DNA from: a virus
Taxonomy: Duplodnaviria > Caudoviricetes
Length of the DNA stretch: 64,000 bases
Direction: 5' to 3' (one strand)
IMG/VR virus record: IMGVR_UViG_3300027974_001530
Shown: positions 1 to 9,740 of the stretch, in pieces
How the letters are laid out: the number at the start of each line of letters is the position of its first letter
Numbering within the stretch: position 1 is the stretch's first letter
Position numbers and translations under genes: made by a program
The notes under the pieces: generated by a model
The model's input: the letters and a program-made list of their open reading frames with translations, nothing else
Databases searched by the model: none
What the model was told of the DNA's origin: nothing

Positions 1-1500
1 AACGATCCAGTTAGCTCCACCTCTTAAAGTAGATTTGTGGATTTGTGCCGACAACTGATTGATCGCAGTGATCAAAGTTTGGTTCCAATCTTTTTGAGTA
101 TAAGATGTAGTTAATTGTAGTCTTCTCCATCCGTTGTAATCCCAACGTAGGTTCCAAGCCGCTCCTTTACGTAAGTCACGTAAAATTTCACGGTCGATCT
201 CAGCTGCAACTTGTTCTGACAACAATGCCGTCAATTCAGCTTCAGCATCGATGTTATGGAATGCTGCAACGTCTTGTGCTAATTCAGGAGACCATTGTGC
301 TCTTAGTTTTCTTTCTGTAACAGATACAGTAACTGACTCAAGGTCAAAAGAAACTTCACCAATTTGATCTTCGAATTCTAAACTTTTATATCTTCTATAA
401 ACAGCTTGGAATGGAGATGATCCTAAAGTGGCTGTATTATTCGTTAATTCACCAATTGTTGTTCCTGTGTAACCATCTAATGTAGTTGCTCCACAATCAG
501 CACATGCTGGACAAGAAAGATCAACTTCTAAATAGATACAACCATCTTGGCTACAAATGTCATTGAAAGAACCACCGTTACCGTTAGTTGGGTAAGTAGT
601 TTGGAATGATGATGATGTAGGTTGTACAATACCTTTACCATAAATTTGAGTAACAACTCTAAATAATAATGGTGCGGATAAATTTGTATTTCCAAGTTCA
701 TCTAAATTAGGACAACCTGTAGATCCTGTTAACACACTTAAGTCTGCAACGATTTTAAGATCTGATAAGAAAGTTTCAGTATCGATTTCGTTACCATCAG
801 GTCCTATTAATTTACCAACACCTGCGTTATTAAATCCACAAAGTTTAACAATCATTTTTCTTGTAACTTCACCGTCAAATTGGTTAGTCGCTGCAACTAA
901 GTTTGAACCTGACCATACTTGTGCAATAGCCGGTTGAGTTACCGCAGTCCACTGACCTTTTGAGTAATCGAACAATCCTGGAGGATCTAATCCTGCCTCA
1001 TTACCTTCATAAAATAAATCATAAAGATTTTTAGTGTATGGTGTTCCTGGTCCACCTGGATATCCTTGGTTAGGATCATTATTACCATCAGCAATTGCTT
1101 GTGGAGATCCGATTGGAGAATAGTGAGTTCCACCTGGATTGGCAATTGCAGGGTCTGAATTATACCCTTGTATACGAGGTACAAAGAAGAACAATTTACC
1201 GATTGGTAAGTTCATTGCTTGTACTGATACGATATCATTCGCTAACAATTTAGAGAAAACTCTTCTTACGATAGGGAAAACAACAGTTTCGAACGCTCCG
1301 TTAGAAGTTTCAGAAGTTGATTCGTTAATCAAGAAAGAAGCTTGGTTTTCATATAACTGTGCTACGTTTTCTTTTAGGTGACCTTTAAGGCCTTCAAGGA
1401 ATCCTAATCTATCCCATTTGTTAATTGTGTCTTCTTTGATAACTTTAAGGTGTTTTAACCCAATATTACCAACAAGACCTGATTCTAATAATGCTCCCAT
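1..1500 (-). CDS. Major capsid protein, T4 gp23-like (3' end runs off the window)
   Basis: Manual translation from ATG at 1500: MGALLESGLVGNIGLK...FPIVRRVFSKLLANDIVSVQAMNLPIGKLF...ERKLRAQWSPELAQDVAAFHNIDAEAELTALLSEQVAAEIDREIL; these are gp23 family motifs. Absent from the ORF track because the stop is outside the window. Confidence 0.97.
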   Translation of the reverse strand, partial: MGALLESGLVGNIGLKHLKVIKEDTINKWDRLGFLEGLKGHLKENVAQLYENQASFLINESTSETSNGAFETVVFPIVRRVFSKLLANDIVSVQAMNLPIGKLFFFVPRIQGYNSDPAIANPGGTHYSPIGSPQAIADGNNDPNQGYPGGPGTPYTKNLYDLFYEGNEAGLDPPGLFDYSKGQWTAVTQPAIAQVWSGSNLVAATNQFDGEVTRKMIVKLCGFNNAGVGKLIGPDGNEIDTETFLSDLKIVADLSVLTGSTGCPNLDELGNTNLSAPLLFRVVTQIYGKGIVQPTSSSFQTTYPTNGNGGSFNDICSQDGCIYLEVDLSCPACADCGATTLDGYTGTTIGELTNNTATLGSSPFQAVYRRYKSLEFEDQIGEVSFDLESVTVSVTERKLRAQWSPELAQDVAAFHNIDAEAELTALLSEQVAAEIDREILRDLRKGAAWNLRWDYNGWRRLQLTTSYTQKDWNQTLITAINQLSAQIHKSTLRGGANWIV

Positions 1501-1573
1501 TTTTATTTGTTTTTTTTGCTTTATTTTTTATTTATGTATATTATAAATATACGTTTGTTTTAAAAAGTTTATT

Positions 1574-3268
1574 TTATTTTATTTTACCCATTAAGTCTTT
1601 CATTCTTAAGAATTGTGGATTTTCGTATGTTTTTGATTCAATTAAATTAACCGAAGATCCCGTAGACGGAGATTTTGTTACGGTTCTATTAAATGATTCG
1701 TTAATACTATTATCAGATAAATTATTGTTAGATAATTCACCTTTAAGAATTTGATAAAGATTTTTGGATTCTTTTAAAGATTCAACATTATCGAATCTTC
1801 TCAAAATATTTATTTTTTCTGGTTTAGTTGTTGAATGTTCTGTGAACAATCTTGTTGCGTATGCCAAGTTAGAATTGAATACCGCCACCTCATTTAATTT
1901 TGTTCTAAACAAATCAAGGGCTTTTCTGTATTCGTCATTCTTTTCTCTTAGTACTTCAACTTCTTCTTTCAATTGACTTGGTGATGCCATTAAGTTTCTT
2001 TTTACCTTTCTGTTGTTTGCCAATGTTCTTGAAGCCTCTTTAGTTTCAATTTTTTTACCTTTAGTAATTTTGTTCACAATTTTCATCACAATTTCTGAAT
2101 TTGGGTCTTCGTTATCGTAATCAAAATTAGCTTTACCTGATTTTCCATAACGTTTAGAACCTTCTTTCATTTTTGTATCAAACCCACCTTCTTGGTTTGG
2201 TTTTTTACTATATTTAAATTTTGACGCATTTCCTGTTTTTTGTTTAGATTCCATCATCGACATTTGACTTCTTGTTTTTAGGTTATCCCAATTTAATGAA
2301 TCTTCCTCAACAAACATTTCATCAAGGTCTTCATAAGTCATATCTTCATCCATATACATTTCACCAAGATCTTCATAAGACATATCTTCATCCATGTACA
2401 TTTCATCAAGGTCTTCACCTAAACCAACGTCTCCTTCCATTTCCTCACCGATTTCTAACTCATAAATAGTTTCTTCTGGTTCTCTACCAAAACGTCCGCC
2501 TTTCATAGATCCAAAACGATCTTCATCATCAAAACGTCCGCCTTTCATAGATCCAAAACGATCTTCATCATCAAAGGTAGAACCCATCATAGATCCAAAC
2601 TCATCTTCCACTTCTTCGTCACCGAAATAACGACCTCTCATAGTTCCCAACTCTTCATCATTTTCTTCATCATCAAAACTAGAACTCATCATAGAACCAA
2701 AACGATCTTCATCTTTAAAACGAGAACCCATCATAGAACCAAACTCATCCTCATCAGATTCATTTAATTTTATAATATATTCAGTGTCATTTTCAGTGTC
2801 TTTAAGATCATAATAGTCACCAATTTTTTCGATAGAAACTTTATCATTTTTACCCATCTTAGAGAATACAACCGCAACATCTTCGTCGCTAGCGCCTCTC
2901 ATGTCGATAGTTTCTTCTTCGTCATCCATGTCAAGATCCATATTAACGTCCATGTCTTCATCTTCGTCGTCCATGTCTTCATCTTCTACGTCCATGTCAT
3001 CGTCTTCTAGATCCATGTCATCGTCTTCTACGTCAAAAGTTTCCTCATCGTCAACATTAACGTCTTCTTCGTCATCAGGCGATACAATATCAACCTCTTC
3101 TTCGTCATCAGTGTCAACCTCATCTTGTTCTTTCAGAGATTCTTTTACTAGTGATTTGATTTCTTGTCTCATTGTCGAAGCAAGTATTCCTTTTGCGTTT
3201 TCTTTAAGAGCGTCTTCTAAATTTTTCATTTGGATAACTGCCTCTTCTACTACTGTTTTTCTACTCAT
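1574..3268 (-). CDS. Prohead core/scaffolding protein (gp22-like), acidic and repetitive
   Basis: Lies between protease and capsid genes; very acidic; coiled-coil C-terminus (LFRTKLNEVAVFNSNLAYATRLF); many L/I-x-E sites. Confidence 0.8.
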   Translation of the reverse strand: MSRKTVVEEAVIQMKNLEDALKENAKGILASTMRQEIKSLVKESLKEQDEVDTDDEEEVDIVSPDDEEDVNVDDEETFDVEDDDMDLEDDDMDVEDEDMDDEDEDMDVNMDLDMDDEEETIDMRGASDEDVAVVFSKMGKNDKVSIEKIGDYYDLKDTENDTEYIIKLNESDEDEFGSMMGSRFKDEDRFGSMMSSSFDDEENDEELGTMRGRYFGDEEVEDEFGSMMGSTFDDEDRFGSMKGGRFDDEDRFGSMKGGRFGREPEETIYELEIGEEMEGDVGLGEDLDEMYMDEDMSYEDLGEMYMDEDMTYEDLDEMFVEEDSLNWDNLKTRSQMSMMESKQKTGNASKFKYSKKPNQEGGFDTKMKEGSKRYGKSGKANFDYDNEDPNSEIVMKIVNKITKGKKIETKEASRTLANNRKVKRNLMASPSQLKEEVEVLREKNDEYRKALDLFRTKLNEVAVFNSNLAYATRLFTEHSTTKPEKINILRRFDNVESLKESKNLYQILKGELSNNNLSDNSINESFNRTVTKSPSTGSSVNLIESKTYENPQFLRMKDLMGKIK

Positions 3269-3386
3269 TTATAGTTTGTTTTATCAAATAAATATTATGA
3301 GTTTGTAAAAAATTCAGTTTTTATTAATATAAATAAAAAAAGGAGGTATTATTAGTACCTCCTTTTCAAAATTTTAAGTTTTTTAT

Positions 3387-3602
3387 TTATTCAATAACCT
3401 CATCAATCTTACTTTCTGTAATTGAAGTAATTCTCCAATCCATTGTATAGTGTTCGTAAACTTTGGTTACTTTTGCCTCAACATCCGTTGGGGTATACCC
3501 TAAAACTAATTTTTCTTCTTTTACTTTTTTTACTTTTCCTGATTCACTATCTAATAAATCAGAAGCAATTTTTGCTACAAAATATTTTTCTCCTTGTTCC
3601 AT
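3387..3602 (-). CDS. DUF4494-like small protein
   Basis: YFVAKI...GKVKKVKEEKLVLGYTPTDVEAKV resembles Bacteroidota DUF4494. Confidence 0.6.
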   Translation of the reverse strand: MEQGEKYFVAKIASDLLDSESGKVKKVKEEKLVLGYTPTDVEAKVTKVYEHYTMDWRITSITESKIDEVIE

Positions 3603-3610
3603 AATTTTTT

Positions 3611-4330
3611 TTATTTACCCAAATAATCGGTTAATCTTTTCATTAAGTCAAGAGATTTATTTCCGGATTCACCAACATTTCTTTCTACTGACATTTTTTT
3701 ATTTTCTTCTAAATTCTCATCAAATTTTGATCTGTCATTTTTATCTAAGAATAAATAAGCACCAGGAGTTGATGGTGAAGACACTAAATCAAAACATATA
3801 AGTTCAAAATCATCCTGTACTTCGTTTTGTTCTCCAACCTTTTTTAATGATCCTACACCACGAGAGGATATACCTAAAGTAACTCCTTGTCTTAGGTAAT
3901 TTGCCGCTAAGTCACCTTTTGTTGAACATATACCACTTTCATGAAATCCTGGACTTGTAAGTAATCTCAATTTACCTAAAAGAACCGGACCATCCCACCA
4001 AACTTCGGTGATAATGTGTGAAACTCTATCTAAATCAATTAATGATGATTCAGGGTGATTTAATTCAGAAAGAGAGGTTCCCTTATCGATCATTTTTTTA
4101 TAATTCTCAGATTCTCTTTTTAGAATTTTTTCAGGGTAAATTCTACCGTTTCTATTTGGGGTATCGTATTTTTGTAATACCGCATAAAATTCAAATGGTT
4201 TTGAATGGTCTAAATTATTATTATTAGACTCAAGTATATATTGATTGTTTACAGTTCTTGGATTAATGTATCCCGCATCATATTCTATAAGAATGCCCTT
4301 TCCAATTTCATTAGGTCCTAATATTTTCAT
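3611..4330 (-). CDS. Prohead core protease (T4 gp21-like)
   Basis: NRNGRIYP, ELNHP, LDRVSH, GISSRGVGS, FDLVSSPSTPGA motifs. Confidence 0.95.
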   Translation of the reverse strand: MKILGPNEIGKGILIEYDAGYINPRTVNNQYILESNNNNLDHSKPFEFYAVLQKYDTPNRNGRIYPEKILKRESENYKKMIDKGTSLSELNHPESSLIDLDRVSHIITEVWWDGPVLLGKLRLLTSPGFHESGICSTKGDLAANYLRQGVTLGISSRGVGSLKKVGEQNEVQDDFELICFDLVSSPSTPGAYLFLDKNDRSKFDENLEENKKMSVERNVGESGNKSLDLMKRLTDYLGK

Positions 4331-4351
4331 TTTAAAGTTTTTTAATAAATA

Positions 4352-4819
4352 TTAAACTTTTTCGGTTTTTACTTTTATTACCTTAGAATTTCCATTTTTA
4401 GTTAAATAACATTTAAAATATTCGTTCTTATTTAAGACATCATCGTATATGTTTTTTACTAATAATTTTAATGATTTTTTTAATGCTAGTGATTTAAAGT
4501 CAATTTCTTTAATTAGATATAAGTTAACCTCCAAATTCATGAATGATTTTTTCTTTAATTGTAATCCACTTGTTCTAAGATCCAAATCAACAATAAATTT
4601 TTCATCAAATATATTTTTATCCATGTTTTGATATAAGGAGTGTTTAATTGCCCTATTCATATTTAAGACAACCCTTGTCCAATTTTCAGAGTCTTTTTTA
4701 GGTTCTACCCAAGTTTGTAAATTTAAATAGAGTGATTTAAATTCTTTCGAATCAACAGTTCCGTAAGTTATTTTTGACGTTCTGAACCCGTTGATTTTTG
4801 AGGTTTTTCCTTTTTTCAT
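4352..4819 (-). CDS. Hypothetical protein in head module
   Basis: 155-aa ORF co-oriented with head genes. Confidence 0.75.
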   Translation of the reverse strand: MKKGKTSKINGFRTSKITYGTVDSKEFKSLYLNLQTWVEPKKDSENWTRVVLNMNRAIKHSLYQNMDKNIFDEKFIVDLDLRTSGLQLKKKSFMNLEVNLYLIKEIDFKSLALKKSLKLLVKNIYDDVLNKNEYFKCYLTKNGNSKVIKVKTEKV

Positions 4820-4908
4820 ATTTTTTTTTCATAGTAAAATTGTTTATTTTGAATAAGTTTACTTAAATTTGTTATATATATCAAGGTAAACAAAATCAAT
4901 ATAAATTT

Positions 4909-5088
4909 ATGTTAATAGTAAAGGTGAAAAAAGGAGATATCGAACGATCTCTAAAAGAATTAAAAAGTAAAGTTATCAAAACAAGACAAAATAGTATCTT
5001 AAATGATTTAAAAGAATATAAAAAAAAATCTGTCATTAATAGACAGATTTTAAATAATTCAAAATATAAACAAAAGAATTTTAATTAA
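4909..5088 (+). CDS. rpsU: Ribosomal protein bS21 homolog (59 aa)
   Basis: Manual translation MLIVKVKKGDIERSLKELKSKVIKTRQNSILNDLKEYKKKSVINRQILNNSKYKQKNFN fits the bS21 pattern; below the 60-aa ORF cutoff; antisense within the head module. Confidence 0.85.
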   Translation: MLIVKVKKGDIERSLKELKSKVIKTRQNSILNDLKEYKKKSVINRQILNNSKYKQKNFN

Positions 5089-5804
5089 AGACTTTCATTT
5101 AGATTTTTTAATTTTATATAGGAGATTTTATCAAAAGATTCATTTTTAACCTTTTCAATAGTTTCCTTAATTGCCCCAACAGTATCAGGGTCTGAGTCAG
5201 AAGATAATATATTCTCAAGTCTTTTTATTGTGTTTTCTTTAATGAAGTCAAATTTAATTTCTAACTTATCGTTATCTTCTTTTAATAAACTAAGTATTTC
5301 TTTTTTTTCTGACTCACTAACATTAGATAAATAATTTGTAATTGTATCATTAGCAACTTTAACCATACTTTCTAAAGGAAGTGAAACAACCTCGTTATTA
5401 GAAAATGGTTTGGATGACTTAAGACCTTCAACAACAAGTTTTCTACTTTGTATTTTACTTTCCAACATAACAACATTACTTGAAAATAGGTTGTCTATTT
5501 TTTCGTATTCGTTTTTTGTGTTAACGTTATTTAACCATAAACTAATTTCTTGGATGTCCTTTTTATTAATTTTGTTTAATGCGTTCTCATATATTGTTAT
5601 TGACCCATTAATAAAATCATTCGCCACTGATTCGGACAAACCTTTATTAGATGAAAGTTCATCATATAAATAATAAATTTTACTTATATTTTTGTTCTTT
5701 TTAACCAATTCATTAAAGATAAAAATATTATCTTTTAACGTGTTTTTATTGTATGACTCAATTAAACACTTTTCTATTTTAGATTTTAAAACACCAAATT
5801 TCAT
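5085..5804 (-). CDS. Hypothetical protein adjacent to portal
   Basis: 239-aa helical ORF directly downstream of portal. Confidence 0.8.
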   Translation of the reverse strand: MKFGVLKSKIEKCLIESYNKNTLKDNIFIFNELVKKNKNISKIYYLYDELSSNKGLSESVANDFINGSITIYENALNKINKKDIQEISLWLNNVNTKNEYEKIDNLFSSNVVMLESKIQSRKLVVEGLKSSKPFSNNEVVSLPLESMVKVANDTITNYLSNVSESEKKEILSLLKEDNDKLEIKFDFIKENTIKRLENILSSDSDPDTVGAIKETIEKVKNESFDKISYIKLKNLNESL

Positions 5805-5824
5805 ATTTTTTTTTATTATAAATA

Positions 5825-7639
5825 TTAACTGTTTAGTAATTTATCAAGTTCTTGTTCTATATCCCCTAAAGAATTTGACGCCTTTGATAAATCAATATAT
5901 TCATCCCCAAATATATCATCACTTTCTAAAAGTAAGTTTAAATTATTTTTCTTAATACTTTCAGGGATTGGTGGTCCTCCTGCCGACTCTGCTCCTCCAG
6001 GTGGTGGAGGTGGTCCTCCTCCCATTGGTGGAGGTGTTGACCCTCCTGCTGCTGGATCGGCACCCGCAGTTTGGGTACTTCCTGTTTGAGTTTTATAAAG
6101 TTTATCTACAGTATCAAAGAATCCTGTGTGAGTAATTATTGTTGGTGTATTTGCCAATTCGGCTGACACCGCCCTTTCTAATCTTATTTGTTGTAATTCT
6201 AATTTAATTTCTTCATCAGAAAAACCAAAAATATGTTTTTTAGCCCAAGTTGCGGATGTAGGTTGTAGTGAATTTGGAATTTCTGTAACCATATCCTTAT
6301 ACAATAAAACCTTTTCTTTCCATACCTCAACCATTAATAGATCGGCCTGTTTAGATGGGTTAGTTAAACCTAAAGTAAAGTTATTTAATTCATCCTCAAA
6401 CCCAAGTAAAAATAAATGTATAATCGCAATTTTATTTAATTCCGAAATTATACTTTTTTGTATTTTATGAATAGTTCTTGCAAATCTAATATCTAATAAA
6501 GATAAATTTTTACCATCACCCACCGCTTCCTCAAAACCTATATACGCTTTTGGTATTCTTAATGCGGTTAATAATTTCTTTTGGATATATTCAATATCAG
6601 CAATCTCAGAAAGATTTGCGGCTCCCGCCAATGTCTCAATAGGCATTGTCTGTGTTGCGTCCCTAACAGGAATAAAGTAATCTTGATCTACCGCCATTTG
6701 GTTGAAACGTAAATCAACATTACCTGTTTTAGAATCAACAATTTGATCTCGTTTAAATTTATTCGCAACTCTTTGTACGTAAGCCTCAACATCTTTATCG
6801 TCCATATTACCAACAAAGACTTTAAATACTCTTCTTTCGGGAGCTCTTGATGTTCTATAAATTAACATAGCATCTTCCGCTAATACAAGTTGTTTCCATA
6901 TTCTACGAGCCTTTTCTAACATTGATGTACCATATGGTAATTTTCTATCATCACCTAGCAATCTAAAATGGGCCATTTCCCAAGTGTTAAACTCCATATC
7001 CTTATTTTTCCAAGTAAACCTTAAGTTTTTCTCGTTTTTTATTGATGGAGTGGTGTTCATAGTTCTGGCTTCCATGCCTCTTTCTAATCTTTCAATTTCA
7101 ATATTAGGTAATTGCATACAACTTACAATACCTTTTTCAGGATCAAGTTTTAAGTAAACAAAGTTATCACCATACTTACACATGTTTCTTACCCACATTT
7201 GTAAGTTTGTATTAATATCTAAATTATTATTAAATAAATCTACTAAGATACTTTTAATTCTTTGTGATTCAGAATAAACTTGTAATATAAACCCATCATG
7301 GTTTGATGTTGTTGACTCCTCAGCATATATATCCAAGGCCGTTGAGATTTCTGGAGTATATTCCATAGATTCGTAATCGTAGAATGCAGAAATTCTGTTT
7401 GGTTCATAATATACCGCTTGACTGTATAAGTTATTTTCAATCTTTTTCCAATTATCACTTAAAAATAAAGTTTGTTGTATTTCTAATTTCTCTTTTTCAA
7501 ATTTAGACTTATCGGTAGTCTTTAATATTTCTTTTTTATCAAACCTATAGGTAGGATCATCCATCCCTAATAATGAATTAGGTCCGAACGTTTTGGATAA
7601 TCTTTGCCAAATCGTTAAATTTTTTTCGTTTTGTTCCAT
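5825..7639 (-). CDS. Portal vertex protein (T4 gp20-like)
   Basis: EDAMLIYRTSRAPERRVFKVFVGN, QDYFIPVR, IEYIQKKLLTALRIP motifs. Confidence 0.96.
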   Translation of the reverse strand: MEQNEKNLTIWQRLSKTFGPNSLLGMDDPTYRFDKKEILKTTDKSKFEKEKLEIQQTLFLSDNWKKIENNLYSQAVYYEPNRISAFYDYESMEYTPEISTALDIYAEESTTSNHDGFILQVYSESQRIKSILVDLFNNNLDINTNLQMWVRNMCKYGDNFVYLKLDPEKGIVSCMQLPNIEIERLERGMEARTMNTTPSIKNEKNLRFTWKNKDMEFNTWEMAHFRLLGDDRKLPYGTSMLEKARRIWKQLVLAEDAMLIYRTSRAPERRVFKVFVGNMDDKDVEAYVQRVANKFKRDQIVDSKTGNVDLRFNQMAVDQDYFIPVRDATQTMPIETLAGAANLSEIADIEYIQKKLLTALRIPKAYIGFEEAVGDGKNLSLLDIRFARTIHKIQKSIISELNKIAIIHLFLLGFEDELNNFTLGLTNPSKQADLLMVEVWKEKVLLYKDMVTEIPNSLQPTSATWAKKHIFGFSDEEIKLELQQIRLERAVSAELANTPTIITHTGFFDTVDKLYKTQTGSTQTAGADPAAGGSTPPPMGGGPPPPPGGAESAGGPPIPESIKKNNLNLLLESDDIFGDEYIDLSKASNSLGDIEQELDKLLNS

Positions 7640-7704
7640 AATTAAAATTTAACTTATAATTTTTTTTTATAAAGTTTATTGTCTTATATTATAAATATAT
7701 TCCA

Positions 7705-7875
7705 TTATTTTGTTGTGGTGGTTGTTGTTGTGGTTATTTCTTCAATCATATTATACTGACTTTTCTTGTTAAAAGTTGGTTTAATAACTTTAACACTATA
7801 GATACCTTGACCTGTTATAATTAAGTCTGAACCCGCAAATATTTTACCACTTTTTTTTCTCTGAACACTACCCAT
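7705..7875 (-). CDS. Small hypothetical protein (56 aa, poly-Thr tail)
   Basis: Manual translation MGSVQRKKSGKIFAGSDL...TTTTTTTTK; fills the gap between TerL and portal. Confidence 0.5.
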   Translation of the reverse strand: MGSVQRKKSGKIFAGSDLIITGQGIYSVKVIKPTFNKKSQYNMIEEITTTTTTTTK

Positions 7876-7886
7876 AATTATAAATA

Positions 7887-9659
7887 TTACCTACCACCAA
7901 ATAACCACCCGTATTTAATGTAATCATCTTTTGTAGCGGCATTAATTTCCCTACCAAAATTATCTCTTTTAACATTCATGTTAGGTAACAATGGATTAAA
8001 GTGAGCCTCTTTTGCAACAGAATCATTTGACGCTACGGTCCAAGACTCCAACATAACCTTAGCTTGTTGGGCAACCTTTTCTAATTTTGTAAAGGAAGAC
8101 TCCCCAACATAAATCGCCATTGATATCCCCATGATAAGGTCATCATGTTGTCCTCTTTGGTGATCTGGTCTACCATTTACATATATAAAAGTGTTCATTT
8201 CATTATATAATCTAACACTTTTTATTTTAAATTTGTGTCTAACCGCCTCCTCAAATGCCGCAATTATTTGTACTCTTTTGTTATTAAAGTTAATTCCGGG
8301 GATTTTATCCACCGCCTTACTTGCATTAGCCCATATACTTGTGGTATCAATACCCTCAACGTATAAACTTTTGTACCCTAATTCTTGTAATTTTCTAACT
8401 GTTGTTATTCCCATACCTCCGGTGATATCGACAACAATAAACGCATTATACATAATCCCCCATTTATATGCGATCTCAGCAAGAGAATCAGGTGGAATTT
8501 TACCAACGTATTCAAAAACTTGTTCTCTCGCATCAAAATCAATAATTTGTATTGAACTAAAATCCTCACTATCCCCTCTTGATACGTCAACCCCCATTAT
8601 GTATTTATTGCCCAATATTGGTTCTTTCCACATCCATAATGAGTTACCCATTAATTTACCTTCAGGTTCTAAAAGGGTGTTATTTTTTATTTCCTCTAAT
8701 TGTTTATTATCAAATACATTATCCCCTGAACCTAAGAACTCACAATTTAACTCTTGATTGATCTTCCTCTTATCGTACTTTAATTTTTTAACCATTTTTT
8801 CGTACCAATTTGAACACGGTTTGTATCCCTCTTTAAAGTATTTAGATATTTCCGTATGATCCCTAACATACGGGTCAATATGTGCAAAGGAGACATGTTT
8901 AGACTCATCCTGTTCATCTTTATTTAAAAGATAATGTACAAGATCATCTGTAGGAACTAAAAACAAATCTTTGGCGTATCTTGGATCTCTCCACCAAAAC
9001 ATTTCAGAAATTTTAAAGTTATTAAAACCTTTTAATGTTTGATCATATATTTCGTAATATATTGGGTCATAACCATTTGGTGTTGATACTACAATTACTT
9101 TACCTCCAGTAGATAACGAGGCCATACAAGCCGGCCAAAAATCACTATCGGCCTCGATAAATGCCGCCTCATCAAACACAAGAATGGTTGGGGTAAATCC
9201 ACGTAACGCATCTTTTGATGTTGCTACCGCCTTTACTTCACTACCATTATTTAATTTATAATGTTTTTGTGAGTTTTTATCTATGGAAAATCCAGCACCA
9301 ACCCACGAAGGCCATTGATCAACAAACGCTCTTATTTTATTAGCCATTTCCATTGAGGTATCAAGTTTGTTGGCAATTATTAGAATTTTTTCAGGTTGGG
9401 TCTTTTTTGCAAAAACTAACCTTTTTGATACCCAAGCCGCAGTAACGGTAGAAACTCCTGCCTGTCTATATTTTAATGCAATGTTCTCTTCGTAGTCCTC
9501 GTAATCTTTCAATAAAGAAACTTGATCAGGAAATAGTTGTAATGGTACGTATTTAGATACTGTATTATCGTATGTTTGTAGATATGTTTTTAAAGCGTAT
9601 TCCGTATCTTTCATACACCTAACATATTCTAACATCACTTGTTCTTTTGTTAAACTCAT
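7887..9659 (-). CDS. Terminase large subunit (T4 gp17-like)
   Basis: KYRQAGVST, Walker B ILVFDEAAF, VSTPNG, GVDVSRG, HDDLIMG nuclease motifs. Confidence 0.96.
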   Translation of the reverse strand: MSLTKEQVMLEYVRCMKDTEYALKTYLQTYDNTVSKYVPLQLFPDQVSLLKDYEDYEENIALKYRQAGVSTVTAAWVSKRLVFAKKTQPEKILIIANKLDTSMEMANKIRAFVDQWPSWVGAGFSIDKNSQKHYKLNNGSEVKAVATSKDALRGFTPTILVFDEAAFIEADSDFWPACMASLSTGGKVIVVSTPNGYDPIYYEIYDQTLKGFNNFKISEMFWWRDPRYAKDLFLVPTDDLVHYLLNKDEQDESKHVSFAHIDPYVRDHTEISKYFKEGYKPCSNWYEKMVKKLKYDKRKINQELNCEFLGSGDNVFDNKQLEEIKNNTLLEPEGKLMGNSLWMWKEPILGNKYIMGVDVSRGDSEDFSSIQIIDFDAREQVFEYVGKIPPDSLAEIAYKWGIMYNAFIVVDITGGMGITTVRKLQELGYKSLYVEGIDTTSIWANASKAVDKIPGINFNNKRVQIIAAFEEAVRHKFKIKSVRLYNEMNTFIYVNGRPDHQRGQHDDLIMGISMAIYVGESSFTKLEKVAQQAKVMLESWTVASNDSVAKEAHFNPLLPNMNVKRDNFGREINAATKDDYIKYGWLFGGR

Positions 9660-9740
9660 AAAGTTTTTTTATTATAAATACTTTAAATAGTTTATTTAAT
9701 AAAAAACCCACCTTTTGGGTGGGTTTACTATTTTTAATTT

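Noticed and set aside
2491-2570. Tandem repeats as possible CRISPR array
   Set aside because: In-frame coding repeats without unique spacers; no CRISPR array or cas gene seen in the window
2901-3308. Plus-strand Ser-rich ORF (also 11121..11546, 11150..11404, 12603..13097, 13125..13499)
   Set aside because: Antisense shadows of acidic or repetitive minus-strand genes
7887-9659. Intein or intron in TerL, portal or capsid
   Set aside because: Extra segments lack intein N/C-terminal and LAGLIDADG motifs; frames are continuous
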